The position numbers and the translations under genes were made by a program. Shown here piece after piece: positions 46,705 through 57,177 of a DNA stretch of 64,000 nt (its first letter is position 1; the number at the start of each line of letters is the position of its first letter). Below the pieces are notes generated by a model, which searched no databases, had not been told where the DNA came from, and worked only from the letters and a program-made list of their open reading frames with translations. Origin of the DNA: a virus (taxonomy: Duplodnaviria; Caudoviricetes); the IMG/VR virus record IMGVR_UViG_2785511464_000001, positions 1 through 64,000 of that record; one strand, 5' to 3'.

Positions 46705-49700
46705 ATGGCACAGACCCCTCGACTTGGCGTCCGTCTGATGGCGTCGAATGACATTCAGAAAGAGGTGGTGTTCAACGAGGCTGCCGTGGTCTTTGACGCC
46801 ATGGTTTCGCGCTCTGCCGCAGCCATTCTGGCAAACCCTCCAGCCAGCCCTGCGGCGGGTGACACCTACATCATCGGCACCCCCGCATCCGGCGTGTGGG
46901 GTGGTCGTGAGAACTACGTGGCGGTCTACTTCAACGGCTGGCGCTTGTTCTCGCCGATCCAGAAGATGAAGTTCTTCAACGAGGACACCTCGTCCTTCTG
47001 GACCTACAGCGGCTCCGGCTGGACTGAAGACCCCGCAGGCACACCGTCCACTCTGGATGATCTCACGAATGTGGGCGTCGCTGCTCCGAACGACGGTGAC
47101 GTGTTGACTTACAGTCTCGCGGACAACCGATGGGTCGCGGGCTCGGTGTCGGTCGTCACCGCCTTCACCAATCTGACCGACGTCGCGCTGGCCGGGCTCG
47201 CTGACGGCCAGATGCTCGCCTGGGATGCGACCAACGGTGTCTGGGTGAACGTGAACCCGCCTTCGGGGGGCGGCGCAACAAATCTGGACGAGCTGTCTGA
47301 CGTGTCTGTCGGAACACCCGCCAATGGTCATCTGCTGACCTGGCACGATGGGCAGGCAGTCTTTCAGGAGTACGCATTCCCTGCTGCCGAGCTGGGGCAC
47401 CTCACCGATGTGGTGACCGCAGGCGCTGAGCCGAATGACGTTCTGGCGTTCAACGGGTCCGCCTGGGGGCCGAGCCCCGCCGTCATCACTTACTCGTTCC
47501 TCGGCATGGTCGATGGTCCCCAGACGATGGAGACCTTCGCTAACCACTTCCTCGTGGTCGATCCGACCGAGAGCTTCCTGGAGTTCCGGTCGCTGGCCGA
47601 GCTGATCGCCGAGCTGGAAGACTTCAACCTCCGAGACCTCTCGGATGTCACGGCTCCGAGCGACCCTGCAGTCGGCATGTTCCTGCGCCTGAACAAGGTC
47701 GGCGGCGAGTATGTCTACGACTACGCGAGCCAGACGGACTACTCGATTGCGGCCAGCGACAGTGGCAACCCACTGACCAGCAAGATCGAGAGCCTGAACT
47801 TCAGCGGGTTCGACGTGTCGATGCCGGCGGAGGGGCACCTGATCCTGACCGCCCAGAACGCGCTCGACTTCCTCGGTGAGGGCTTGCCCGTCGAAGGCGA
47901 TCCCGTCGATGCAATTAATTTCATTGGTGCGGGCGTCAACGTCACGAACATCGATGGCACCCTGACCGTGGACATCGGTGATCAGGAGCTGGTGGCCCGT
48001 CTCGGCGATCTCGAAAACGTCGATCTCACCACCCCACCCGTGGATGGCAATGTCCTGAAATATGACGGCCTCACGCAGTCCTGGGTTGCCGGCGTCGGGG
48101 GCGGGGGTGGCGGCGCACCTATCGGTGACAGCGAGTATGTCCCTGCGACCTATGAATACGGCCCGTTTGCGCCTCCCGTGGCAGCGATGTTCCCCGGTCG
48201 ACACAACGCCCCCTCGGCCAATTTGACCGAAGTCGCGGCGCGGGGCCTCGTGGTGCAGGGTGGGGCGCAGAGCAGCGGCGCAAAGCACGCTCTGGTCTAC
48301 CGAGACCTCGCCGTCCGGGAGGAGCCCTGGGTGGTGACCGCCCGCGTCGTGCCGGCGTCGTTCCAGGTGCCTGGGCATATGGGCGGCGTCGCCATCCAGC
48401 GCGCCTTCAACGATGCCTTCGTGTTCCTCGCCCTCGGCAACTCCAGCACCGATGCTCAATCCCAGCTGCGCCTTGGTTGGGTCAGCCCCTCGGGTGTCGA
48501 GACGATCTTGACCACCGAGCCCAACCTGTACAACTGGCTCCGGCTCGGGTTCGACGGGGATTTCATCCGTGCATGGGTCTCCTCGGACGGTCTTGTCTGG
48601 CAGAACTTCGGCAGCCCGGTGGACCCGGCGGCCACGCTGCAGGGCGTACCGGATCGCGTCGGCATCACCAACCGGTCGAATGCGGCGCATGACGGCACCG
48701 TGGGAACCCTCGTCACGTTCTGGGAAGACCCGGACTTCCCGGCGGGCACGCGCACACAGCAGGGTGTCGTGGCTCTGGGGTTGGGTGGCCTTCAGGACGT
48801 GGACCTGACGGTTCCGCCGCAGGATGGCGAAACCGTCGTCTGGAACGCTGTCCAGCAGGCGTGGGTGCCTGGTGCCGCCTCGGGTGGCGTGGACGTGGGG
48901 GCGTCCGACGAAGGCGATGTCCTCCAGTTCGTCAACGGAGATTGGGCATCTACGACGGTCGTAGATGCCTTGAACCACCCTCGGCAGGTGCCGCCCGTCG
49001 CGCCACAGATCGTCCAGCACAAGCTCAGCCCACCTGTAGAAAGCGGTAATTACTCGGTGACGCTGGACTTCGCTCCGACGGAGGGTAACTGGCTCATCTG
49101 CATCCTGACCTATCAGTCTACAGTCCCGGTGGCGGAGGCTGGCTGGACGGCAGTCCCGGTCTCTACCACGGGCGCGCGTATCAACACCGTTGTCTATTAC
49201 CGGAAGGCCACCGCCGGATTGGGACCTGTCCTTCCCGTAGCTGATGCTGGCGCTGCGGAGTACGGCTACGCGGTAGTCTATGAGGTCGCGAGCCAGACCC
49301 CGGATTGGGCCTCGCTTGCGGAGGTTGTTCAGGGTGCGTCCGACGACCAACTGGCCGCACCTTATGATGGGACACCGTATGTAGCGTCCGGCCCGGCACG
49401 CACGGTGCTGCTTGCCTACAGCAACCGCACTACATCCACCTCCGACAATCAGGGGCTAGGGGCCGGGTGGACTGAGGACCAGAACTTCGACGGTCAGTCC
49501 GTCGGCGAAAATCGCGACTTTGTGTGTGGGCACGCCTTTCCCGCAGACCAGGAGACGCTGACGCCTTCTCTGGTCAATCTCACAGGGGAGAGCCATGTCG
49601 GTTATGCGATGGTGGTCCTCGCACCCGTCACGGAGCCTCCACGTGGAGTGCGCCTCGCTGATCTGTACGATGTGGAGGCGGAGACCGTAGAGGAGGGGCA

Positions 49701-50208
49701 GGCCCTTGTCTGGGATGGAGTTCAGAACAAATGGCTCCCGAACACGCCGTCTTCAACGCTCGATGCGCTGACCGACGTCACCTTCCCGTCGTCGCCCGTC
49801 GCCGGCAATTCCCTCGTCTACGACGGCGATCTCGGCAAATGGGTCGCGGGTGCCGGCTTCGGCAATGTGGCGACCGAGTTCGACATCTCGGTGTTCGTAA
49901 CGGGGACGCCCGATGTCGAGGTTTCCGCGTTCAGCTACATTGCGGCCAGAGAGTACGTCCTGCCGACCGGGCTCATCGGTAGTTTCGCCCACGCGGATCA
50001 GGCCCCGGACGCGCAGGTGACATTCTCGATCCAGAAGAACGGTGTCGAAATAGGTCTGCTGGTGTTCGCTTACGGCGAAAATCAGGGGAGCTTCACCTTC
50101 CTCGCCGATGTCACCTTTGCGCCTGGCGACCGACTGACACTGGTTGCACCCATCACCGTGCAGAACATCGCCGACATCACCATCACGTTTGCAGGGAGCC
50201 GGGTATGA
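46705..50208 (+). CDS. Tail fibre with DUF2793 N-terminus and L.DL.DV repeats
   Basis: TPRLG...QKEVVFNEA...PPASPAAGDTYI; multiple 'LxDLxDV...GxxLxW' units. Confidence 0.8.
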   Translation: MAQTPRLGVRLMASNDIQKEVVFNEAAVVFDAMVSRSAAAILANPPASPAAGDTYIIGTPASGVWGGRENYVAVYFNGWRLFSPIQKMKFFNEDTSSFWTYSGSGWTEDPAGTPSTLDDLTNVGVAAPNDGDVLTYSLADNRWVAGSVSVVTAFTNLTDVALAGLADGQMLAWDATNGVWVNVNPPSGGGATNLDELSDVSVGTPANGHLLTWHDGQAVFQEYAFPAAELGHLTDVVTAGAEPNDVLAFNGSAWGPSPAVITYSFLGMVDGPQTMETFANHFLVVDPTESFLEFRSLAELIAELEDFNLRDLSDVTAPSDPAVGMFLRLNKVGGEYVYDYASQTDYSIAASDSGNPLTSKIESLNFSGFDVSMPAEGHLILTAQNALDFLGEGLPVEGDPVDAINFIGAGVNVTNIDGTLTVDIGDQELVARLGDLENVDLTTPPVDGNVLKYDGLTQSWVAGVGGGGGGAPIGDSEYVPATYEYGPFAPPVAAMFPGRHNAPSANLTEVAARGLVVQGGAQSSGAKHALVYRDLAVREEPWVVTARVVPASFQVPGHMGGVAIQRAFNDAFVFLALGNSSTDAQSQLRLGWVSPSGVETILTTEPNLYNWLRLGFDGDFIRAWVSSDGLVWQNFGSPVDPAATLQGVPDRVGITNRSNAAHDGTVGTLVTFWEDPDFPAGTRTQQGVVALGLGGLQDVDLTVPPQDGETVVWNAVQQAWVPGAASGGVDVGASDEGDVLQFVNGDWASTTVVDALNHPRQVPPVAPQIVQHKLSPPVESGNYSVTLDFAPTEGNWLICILTYQSTVPVAEAGWTAVPVSTTGARINTVVYYRKATAGLGPVLPVADAGAAEYGYAVVYEVASQTPDWASLAEVVQGASDDQLAAPYDGTPYVASGPARTVLLAYSNRTTSTSDNQGLGAGWTEDQNFDGQSVGENRDFVCGHAFPADQETLTPSLVNLTGESHVGYAMVVLAPVTEPPRGVRLADLYDVEAETVEEGQALVWDGVQNKWLPNTPSSTLDALTDVTFPSSPVAGNSLVYDGDLGKWVAGAGFGNVATEFDISVFVTGTPDVEVSAFSYIAAREYVLPTGLIGSFAHADQAPDAQVTFSIQKNGVEIGLLVFAYGENQGSFTFLADVTFAPGDRLTLVAPITVQNIADITITFAGSRV

Positions 50209-51260
50209 GTATCCTCCACATTGAAGGTTTTGATCAGTACGCGACACAGGCGGACATCGCGTCAGCCTACGCCGTGCCTAATCCGGGTTCGTTCGAAACA
50301 CGCACGGACACCCCCCTCGGGCGTGGCCGGTCTGTGCGGCATAACCGTACGAGCGGGGCTCATGCGGGTTTGACGAAGGCCATCCCCTCCGTTGCACAAG
50401 GCGCATACGTTGGTTCGTCCTTCTGGCTCAAAGTCGAGTCCTATCCGTATGGTCACGGCTACTGCAACATCATTCAGTTCCGCGAGGGCTCAACTTCGCA
50501 TATTTGTCTCGACCTGGACGACAAAGGCTTCCTTCAATTTGTTCGTGGCGGCTCGTCTAGCGTAAGCCCGATATTCAACAGGCCGCTCGATCTGAACGTC
50601 TGGTATCACGTCGAGGTTCGGGTGCTCGTATCCGACGCTACCGGGGAGGTTGAAGTTCGCATTAACGGCGAAACATGGGGGGCGGCGTCGGGGCTCGACA
50701 CACAGTATGGCGGAACCGGCGTATTGGATAACGTTGCTCTGTTCTGTTCGGTTTCGTCGAGTTCTTCTCGCCAGGGTGTCTATGTTGGAGACAGCTGGGT
50801 GGTCTGGGACACTCAGGGAACGACAAATAACGACTGGCTGGGGGACGTCGAAGTGCTCACGTCTCTCCCGTCTGGGGATGACACACCCGGCACGTGGGTT
50901 GCCAATACTGGTGCGCTCTGGGAGGCCATCGACGAGGCGGACCCGGACGGCGACACGACATACATCTCGTCCTCCACGTTGGACGACGCTGCCACCTTCA
51001 CAATGGGGGCTCTCCCCGTGACGCCCGAACGGGTGCTTGCAGTTTCGTCCCAGGTGCTGGCGCGTAAGGATGATAGCGGCCCCCGATCCATCGCGCACGG
51101 GGTCGTCAGTGGTGCCGTCGAGGCACTGTCTGAGGACCAGTCGCTTGGTCTCACCTACGGCCTGACAACCGTGGTGTTTGAGCAAGACCCCGCGACGGCG
51201 GCTCCGTGGACCGGGGCTGCTGCACAGGCTGTGAAAACAAAGGTTAAGGTGTCGGTATGA
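50205..51260 (+). CDS. Virion structural protein, lectin/LamG-like (paralog B)
   Basis: Colinear with 39831-40934 (IEGFDQY, WYHVEVR, VLAVS..ARKD). Confidence 0.75.
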   Translation: MSILHIEGFDQYATQADIASAYAVPNPGSFETRTDTPLGRGRSVRHNRTSGAHAGLTKAIPSVAQGAYVGSSFWLKVESYPYGHGYCNIIQFREGSTSHICLDLDDKGFLQFVRGGSSSVSPIFNRPLDLNVWYHVEVRVLVSDATGEVEVRINGETWGAASGLDTQYGGTGVLDNVALFCSVSSSSSRQGVYVGDSWVVWDTQGTTNNDWLGDVEVLTSLPSGDDTPGTWVANTGALWEAIDEADPDGDTTYISSSTLDDAATFTMGALPVTPERVLAVSSQVLARKDDSGPRSIAHGVVSGAVEALSEDQSLGLTYGLTTVVFEQDPATAAPWTGAAAQAVKTKVKVSV

Positions 51261-54200
51261 CCGAAGCCCGCGTAACCCAGGCGGGTACGAGCCTGGTTTC
51301 AAATCAGACCCCCGATGCTCGGGCTACGCAGGTGTCTGCCGCCGTCGTCGGCACAGGCAACCCGGAAGCGCGCCTCACTCAGGCAGCAATCATGGTGTTG
51401 CACCGCGCCAAGAAGCCCCGGAGCCCGACCAAACAGGTTCCGGTGGTTACCACGATGACATCCTCGCGTGGCATCGCTGGCGACCTGTACTACCGGAGCG
51501 TCGCGTTCCTGATGTCGTCCCGCACGGGTGCGCGTGACGCTAGCAAGTACAGGCGAACCATATCGGGGGACAAAAGGTTCGGCCCCCGCGTAATCGAAGA
51601 CCCGACGCTGTTCGGGACGGCGTTCCATATGGGTGACCCCGACTACTTTTCCAATATGGTTAGTCGGACGGATTTGGGGGCACGAGCGGCACCTGACCCG
51701 GACGCCTTCTATTTCGGGCGCGGCGGTTTCACCGTTGAGGCTTGGGTCCGACCCTCCAAAGATACATGTGGCGTGCTCAGTTGCTACGACACCGATAGCA
51801 GTGAGCGGGGTTGGGCTCTTCTCCTCCGCAACGGTCGAAGGCTGACGTTTTACGGTTCTGAGAGCAACATTGAAGCAGACGTGAACATCGAAGGGCCGGT
51901 GATCCCACTCAATACGTGGACACACGTCTGCGTTGACCGGGATGCGTCTGGGAAGTTCCGCATGTATGTCAACGGGGTTATGGTCGCCTCCCTGGTGTCA
52001 GGTATCGAGATCAGGAAGAGCGCTGCGCACCTCAACGTGCTTGGGTATAGCACAGCCGCAGACCTTGGGTTCGCCGGTCGTGCCGATGATCTTCGTTTGA
52101 CTGTCGGTGTGGCCCGCTACGCGTCGGACACAGGGTTCGATGTTCCGACCAGACGCGTGGCAACACCGCAGCTTGACCCGCTGGATCACGAAAACGACCC
52201 CTATTGGGATTTGGTGAGCCTCTGCTTCGACGCAGAGACACCCACGCCCGTAGACCGGTCGAAGCGATCCACGCCCCTGACCCCGGTGACTGAAAAAACG
52301 ACTTACCTCACCATGCTGTATGGCGACACCAGTCGCTTCAGCTGGAACAGCGCTACCCCAATAGTTGCGGAGAACGTTGACGGCCAGTTCGACCTATCGG
52401 GCGGGCTGTTCACGATTGAACTCGTCGCTGGATATAACACTTCGGCGGCCTCAGCAGCTACTGTTCTCGCAGTGCCGGACCAGTGGCGCGTTAATGTAAA
52501 CAGGAACGCTTGGTTGTTCCAGGTGTGGGACGGCAGTGCGTGGGTTACTGTGGTCTCTGAAGGCGGGCTCATCGAAAGGTACGGGAAGGTCGATCACGTC
52601 GCCGTGGTGCGAGACCGCACGGGCGTCTACTCCCTGTACCTGAATGGTGGGCTCGCGGCGCAGAGCGGGGGACCGGGCCTGCCGCCTGTCGCGAACCCGA
52701 ACCTGACGATCTATACCGGGGGCAACGTCCTCCTTACCGAGGTTCGTATCACAAAGGGCGTAGCGCGCTGGGATGATGCGTTTGGCTTGCCGGCTCACGA
52801 GGTCAACGACCCCCTTCCTCTGCAGGGGCCTGCTTACGTTCCGACACCCACACCGCCTGCCGTATATCCACGCGAGCTTGTTGTCGTGAACCCCGAGACA
52901 CGGGACGAGCCGGGTTCCGAGTGGAAGGCCGTCGCGGGCAATACGCCGGGGCGGTACAACAAATACACCCACGTAGGCCCTGTTGACGAAGCCCCGAACA
53001 AGTTTTGGTTCATGCACTTCAACAACACGACCCGGACGTTCGTCACCCAGACCCTTACGATCCCGCGCGGGTATGCCGAAGACATCAATCAGGGGCTTGT
53101 CGATGTGGTCTGCGGGTCTCTCATGGCCCTGGCGCAGGCGGTCGATGGGTCTTGCGCGAGCTTCCACGTCAGACCGGTAACCGCCTCCGGTGCTCGTGTT
53201 GGTTGGGTGGCTGGCCCCCGGTTGAGCTCTGGGGGTTGGCATGAGGTTGAGGTTCGTACACCTCTCCCTCCGGACACTGTGGCCGTCGAGATCGCGTTCG
53301 GGGTGTACAACAAACCGAGCTCCGTAGAAGTGATGGCAACCAGCCTCAGCGCACGCCTTGAGCGAAGGGCGGAGCCCGTGACTTACATGCCCGGACCAAC
53401 ATACCCCATGGTCGCCTCCGAGTGGGTAGCTTCGCAGGGCTCCCTTGATTTACGTTCGACGGACTACGGCCTATCGGTCCTTGGTCAGAAGGCGATGACT
53501 GCGGAGTACCATTTCCCGGCAGCGCTTCCTGCGGATATGCACTCCCAGATCGACACAGGGGAGTGCGCGTTGACCCTGACCTGGGCCGGCGTCCGGGACG
53601 TAGACTCCTCCGATGGCGGGCATGTCTGGATCGAGTTCTTTGATGGGGTGGACACCCAGCTGGGGGAACGCATCCGAGACAGGTACAGCAATCTCATCCA
53701 CGACGAAGCCGGTGCCAGCTTCTCGCTGCTGGCTGCTGTGCCGGCGGGGGCGCGCAGTGTACGCCTGGGTGTGACGGCCATCCGAAGCCACAACGAGAGC
53801 TCGACCGAATACGCCGACTTCTACCCGACGGGCTTCAGCTGGTGTTTGACCACGCCGCAGGAGCTACCCGCTCCGCGTCCGCCGGGGCCTGTACTCACCC
53901 ACGACCCGCATTGGGGCAAGGTCCGCTACCTCCTCTCTTCGCGAAATGGCGTCATCGAGAACCTGGCGCGGTCTGTTGAGGTGAAGCACGACGTACATGG
54001 GACTGTGGCGGTCGCCGCTGGGGAGGGGCCATTCGGTGATGGGAACAGCCTCGGGATCAACGTGGCCGGAGCGTCAAGCGCGGCGAGTTACATCGACGTG
54101 GACCTGATAGGCGATACGATTGCCGGCGCGTTCACGGTCGAGTTGTGGCTTCGGAAGACTGGCCCGGACCCGCGATCATACAGCGGCTTGATGACCGGTT

Positions 54201-55183
54201 GGGGTGGCATGGGGGATTACTATAGCCAACCCCTGCACATGCGTCGTAATACGATCCATGCCGACGGACCTCTGACGATTGGTGAGTGGTATCACGTCGC
54301 GCTGTGCCGGGATGATCTCGGTGCGCTAAGCATGTTCGTGAATGGTGAGCGGCAGCGTATGGGGGGTGCCGAGACCACGGCGTTCCCCGCAGCGTTCAAT
54401 GTCGGTCGCTCGGGAACATCCTCAAGCTATGCCTCGTGGCCGGGATACATCGACGAGTTCCGCCTGACCGAAGGGGTCATTCGATATACGGAGGACTTCG
54501 TGCCGCCGGCCTCCCGGTTCCCCGCGCAGGGCCTTCCCGGAGCACCAGGGTCGCTGAACCCAGAGGTCTACGCCCAGTATGGGGCGGGAGCCAATCTGGA
54601 GAGTTACGGCTGGGGTCTGCGCACCGGGGCGGACGACAAGACTGTTCTGATCGCCATCCTTACAGGGTGCGGCCCCACACAGAGCGCGGAGCCCACAGCA
54701 GTCACCGTAAACGGGGCACCGGCCACCCTCGTTCACGCATCCGACCCGTTTGAGGCTTACTCTGGAGTGGACGCTACTCTCCAGCTCTGGAAGTTCCCTA
54801 TGCCCGTGGCCGGCAGGGCGGACATTCTTGTGAGCTGGCCTTCCAGCCAGTATCGGTTTGCGGGGGCCGCGTGGGTCGTGGATGGCGACATTGAAGTGAT
54901 CGGGACAGCTGTCGGCGACAACCTGTCTTCGAGTAGTGTGGCTGTGCCTGTGGAGGCTGGTGGCCACGTGTTTGCCGTGGGTGGGCACAGCTTCAACAGC
55001 TCGAATTACCAGATGGTGCTTGGCGACAAGGCCATCGGGGCCGATGACCCTGCCCACGTAATCTCCCTCGATGACACGGGCTACACCGGGGTCGATGCGG
55101 GGTTGATGGTGCTCGCCGAGCTCCACAACAACGCCACGACGCTGCACCGCTTCATGGCCGTCAGCGTTCGCAAGAAACCGTAG
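51257..55183 (+). CDS. Receptor-binding tail fibre with several LamG domains
   Basis: FTVEAW...WTHV...MYVNG...DDLRLT.GVARY pattern repeated three times. Confidence 0.8.
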   Translation: MTEARVTQAGTSLVSNQTPDARATQVSAAVVGTGNPEARLTQAAIMVLHRAKKPRSPTKQVPVVTTMTSSRGIAGDLYYRSVAFLMSSRTGARDASKYRRTISGDKRFGPRVIEDPTLFGTAFHMGDPDYFSNMVSRTDLGARAAPDPDAFYFGRGGFTVEAWVRPSKDTCGVLSCYDTDSSERGWALLLRNGRRLTFYGSESNIEADVNIEGPVIPLNTWTHVCVDRDASGKFRMYVNGVMVASLVSGIEIRKSAAHLNVLGYSTAADLGFAGRADDLRLTVGVARYASDTGFDVPTRRVATPQLDPLDHENDPYWDLVSLCFDAETPTPVDRSKRSTPLTPVTEKTTYLTMLYGDTSRFSWNSATPIVAENVDGQFDLSGGLFTIELVAGYNTSAASAATVLAVPDQWRVNVNRNAWLFQVWDGSAWVTVVSEGGLIERYGKVDHVAVVRDRTGVYSLYLNGGLAAQSGGPGLPPVANPNLTIYTGGNVLLTEVRITKGVARWDDAFGLPAHEVNDPLPLQGPAYVPTPTPPAVYPRELVVVNPETRDEPGSEWKAVAGNTPGRYNKYTHVGPVDEAPNKFWFMHFNNTTRTFVTQTLTIPRGYAEDINQGLVDVVCGSLMALAQAVDGSCASFHVRPVTASGARVGWVAGPRLSSGGWHEVEVRTPLPPDTVAVEIAFGVYNKPSSVEVMATSLSARLERRAEPVTYMPGPTYPMVASEWVASQGSLDLRSTDYGLSVLGQKAMTAEYHFPAALPADMHSQIDTGECALTLTWAGVRDVDSSDGGHVWIEFFDGVDTQLGERIRDRYSNLIHDEAGASFSLLAAVPAGARSVRLGVTAIRSHNESSTEYADFYPTGFSWCLTTPQELPAPRPPGPVLTHDPHWGKVRYLLSSRNGVIENLARSVEVKHDVHGTVAVAAGEGPFGDGNSLGINVAGASSAASYIDVDLIGDTIAGAFTVELWLRKTGPDPRSYSGLMTGWGGMGDYYSQPLHMRRNTIHADGPLTIGEWYHVALCRDDLGALSMFVNGERQRMGGAETTAFPAAFNVGRSGTSSSYASWPGYIDEFRLTEGVIRYTEDFVPPASRFPAQGLPGAPGSLNPEVYAQYGAGANLESYGWGLRTGADDKTVLIAILTGCGPTQSAEPTAVTVNGAPATLVHASDPFEAYSGVDATLQLWKFPMPVAGRADILVSWPSSQYRFAGAAWVVDGDIEVIGTAVGDNLSSSSVAVPVEAGGHVFAVGGHSFNSSNYQMVLGDKAIGADDPAHVISLDDTGYTGVDAGLMVLAELHNNATTLHRFMAVSVRKKP

Positions 55184-55201
55184 ATTTGCAATTAATTGCA
55201 T

Positions 55202-55234
55202 TCCCCGGAGCAGGAGGCGCTCTGCTCCGGGGGA
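55202..55234. terminator. Strong hairpin after the tail operon
   Basis: TCCCCGGAGCAG...CTGCTCCGGGGG, between two perfect palindromes. Confidence 0.5.
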
Positions 55235-55340
55235 TAAACCGCGTACCGGTTTGTCGAGGTTCCCGCGACACATGGCAGGGGGACTGCTATACAGGCGGAA
55301 ATGCAATTAATTGCACAAGCCCGCAGGTGTCGAGGTTCCC

Positions 55341-56474
55341 ATGGTTACGAAGAGCGAACTCCGCAAGTTTCTGCCTAACGCCAAGTCCGCGCTTGTCGAT
55401 GCCGTCGTGCGCAACTGGCATGCTGCCGAGCGCGCTCGCATCGTCACACCGGCCCGCAAGCGCCAGTTCTTCGCGAACATCGCCACAGAGACCGGTGGCC
55501 TGACGAAGCTGGTTGAGAGCATGACCTATTCGAGCGCCAGCCGCATTCGTCAGACGTGGCCCTCCCGGTTTGCCAGTGATGCAGAGGCCCGCCCCTATGT
55601 GCGCCAGGCAAAGAAGCTCGCCATCAAGGTGTATGGCGGTCGTATGGGCAACGCCGCGTACCCCAGCGACGATGGCTGGCGCTTCCGTGGCGGCGGCATG
55701 ATGATGACCTCTGGCCGCGCCGGCTATCGGAGCATGGGCTTTGAAGACAACCCGTCGGTCCTGCAGCGGGACGCAGACCGGGCCTTCCTCGCGGCTGTAC
55801 GTGAGTGGCAGAACCGGGGCTGTAACGGTCTTGCCGACCGAGGGGATACGAAAGGCGTCCGCCGCGCCATCAATGGCGGTCTGATCGGCCTCAATCACGT
55901 CGAGCACTATCTGGTGCAGGCGCTTGCCGTCTGGCCTGACGTAGCTGCTACGCATGGCATCACTGACAAGGGGACGGTCCAGCACGTCCAGCGGAAGCTG
56001 AAGGCGTTGGGGTACACCGAAGTCGGTGCAGATGACGGCATCATCGGCAGGTTCACCCGGACAGCCATTCTCGCGTTCCGGTCGGACAATGGCCTGCCCC
56101 TGGCGACGATCATCGATCACGATCTGCTGGGTGCTCTGCGGGTAGCCCGCCCACGCGCCGTTGATCCGGGTCGGTCGAAGGCTCCGGTCAGCGACGTGGC
56201 GAAGAGGGTGCCCGAGGTCAAGGCCAATTGGTGGTCCAAGGTGCTCTCGGCCTTTACGGCTCTGGGTAGCGGCACAGCCGCCCTCGTCACGGGCACAGCC
56301 GATCACCTGGGTGCAGCCAAAGCGTATGTCGAACCGGTCAAGGAATACGCCTCAAGCATCCCGACACCTCTGTGGCTGGTTGTGATCGCCGGCATAGCTC
56401 TGGCGATCTTTATCATCAGCCGCAATGGCGAGCGGAAGGGGGTCGAGGCGTTCCATACCGGGGAACGCCGATGA
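55341..56474 (+). CDS. Endolysin: GH19-like domain, PG-binding domain and C-terminal TM segments
   Basis: ATETGGL..LVE, DGWRFRG.G, INGG..GL; QRKLKALGY...DGIIG..T..AI.AF. Confidence 0.85.
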   Translation: MVTKSELRKFLPNAKSALVDAVVRNWHAAERARIVTPARKRQFFANIATETGGLTKLVESMTYSSASRIRQTWPSRFASDAEARPYVRQAKKLAIKVYGGRMGNAAYPSDDGWRFRGGGMMMTSGRAGYRSMGFEDNPSVLQRDADRAFLAAVREWQNRGCNGLADRGDTKGVRRAINGGLIGLNHVEHYLVQALAVWPDVAATHGITDKGTVQHVQRKLKALGYTEVGADDGIIGRFTRTAILAFRSDNGLPLATIIDHDLLGALRVARPRAVDPGRSKAPVSDVAKRVPEVKANWWSKVLSAFTALGSGTAALVTGTADHLGAAKAYVEPVKEYASSIPTPLWLVVIAGIALAIFIISRNGERKGVEAFHTGERR

Positions 56475-56713
56475 CTGCTCCGAAACTGATAATCCACGGT
56501 CTGTTGGCGCTTGCCCTGCTGGGCGGCGTCAGCTGGACGGTCCACAAGCTCCTGGAGGGAGCCCGGCAGGAGGCCATCCAAGATGTCGAAGAAGCAAATC
56601 AGGCGAGTGAAGGCAGGGCTGCTCAGGGGCAGGACGCGGTGGACGAATGCTACCGCTCTGGGGGCACTTGGGATCGCGCTGGCGGCGTGTGTAACCACCC
56701 AGCCGGTGAATAA
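56471..56713 (+). CDS. i-spanin-like protein
   Basis: N-terminal TM segment, short coiled coil, C-terminal Cys residues. Confidence 0.6.
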   Translation: MTAPKLIIHGLLALALLGGVSWTVHKLLEGARQEAIQDVEEANQASEGRAAQGQDAVDECYRSGGTWDRAGGVCNHPAGE

Positions 56714-56852
56714 GCCCTGCGGCGTCATCATTGACCCGTTGGGTGACGTGCAGGCCACCACGCAGGAAGGAAACAGGAGGATCGACGCGCATTTCGAGCG
56801 CGGGGTCCGGGCTGGGTGCTGGGAACGATCCTCGGCGCTCAGCGTTCTGTGA
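56583..56852 (+). CDS. o-spanin-like lipoprotein overlapping the i-spanin
   Basis: Lipobox LAAC; start is ATG 56583 or GTG 56607. Confidence 0.6.
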   Translation: MSKKQIRRVKAGLLRGRTRWTNATALGALGIALAACVTTQPVNKPCGVIIDPLGDVQATTQEGNRRIDAHFERGVRAGCWERSSALSVL

Positions 56853-56868
56853 CAGAAGGATACGCCCC

Positions 56869-57177
56869 GTGCAGTTCTTTGGACACGACCTATCCTTCTG
56901 GGCAGCCGTCTTCGGGGCGGCGCTTTTCAAATTGGCCACGTCGCCGCGTTTGACGTGGCTTCGTAGTCTCATCTCGGTGTTCGCTGCGTTGTTCGCCGCC
57001 TGGGTGTTCACGCGCCCGGTGCTGGCCTTCCTGAACCTCGACGGGGACACCTACACAATCGCGGTCGCGGTGCTCGCCGGTCTGACCGGGGAAGGGTTGA
57101 TGAAATGGTCGATCTTCGCAGCAAACAATCCGAAAGAAGCCATCGAGTTTCTAAAGGTTTGGAGACACCCCCGGTGA
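56869..57177 (+). CDS. Holin-like protein
   Basis: About three TM segments, basic C-terminus, in the lysis cassette. Confidence 0.65.
   Translation: MQFFGHDLSFWAAVFGAALFKLATSPRLTWLRSLISVFAALFAAWVFTRPVLAFLNLDGDTYTIAVAVLAGLTGEGLMKWSIFAANNPKEAIEFLKVWRHPR

Noticed and set aside
44104-49350. 1748-aa minus-strand ORF (also 35602-39513, 21663-24065 and many shorter ones)
   Set aside because: Antisense shadows of well-supported + strand genes in high-GC DNA; the translations have no recognisable motifs
51257-55183. Diversity-generating retroelement or invertible fibre cassette
   Set aside because: No reverse transcriptase, TR/VR repeat pair, invertase or flanking inverted repeats seen in the window
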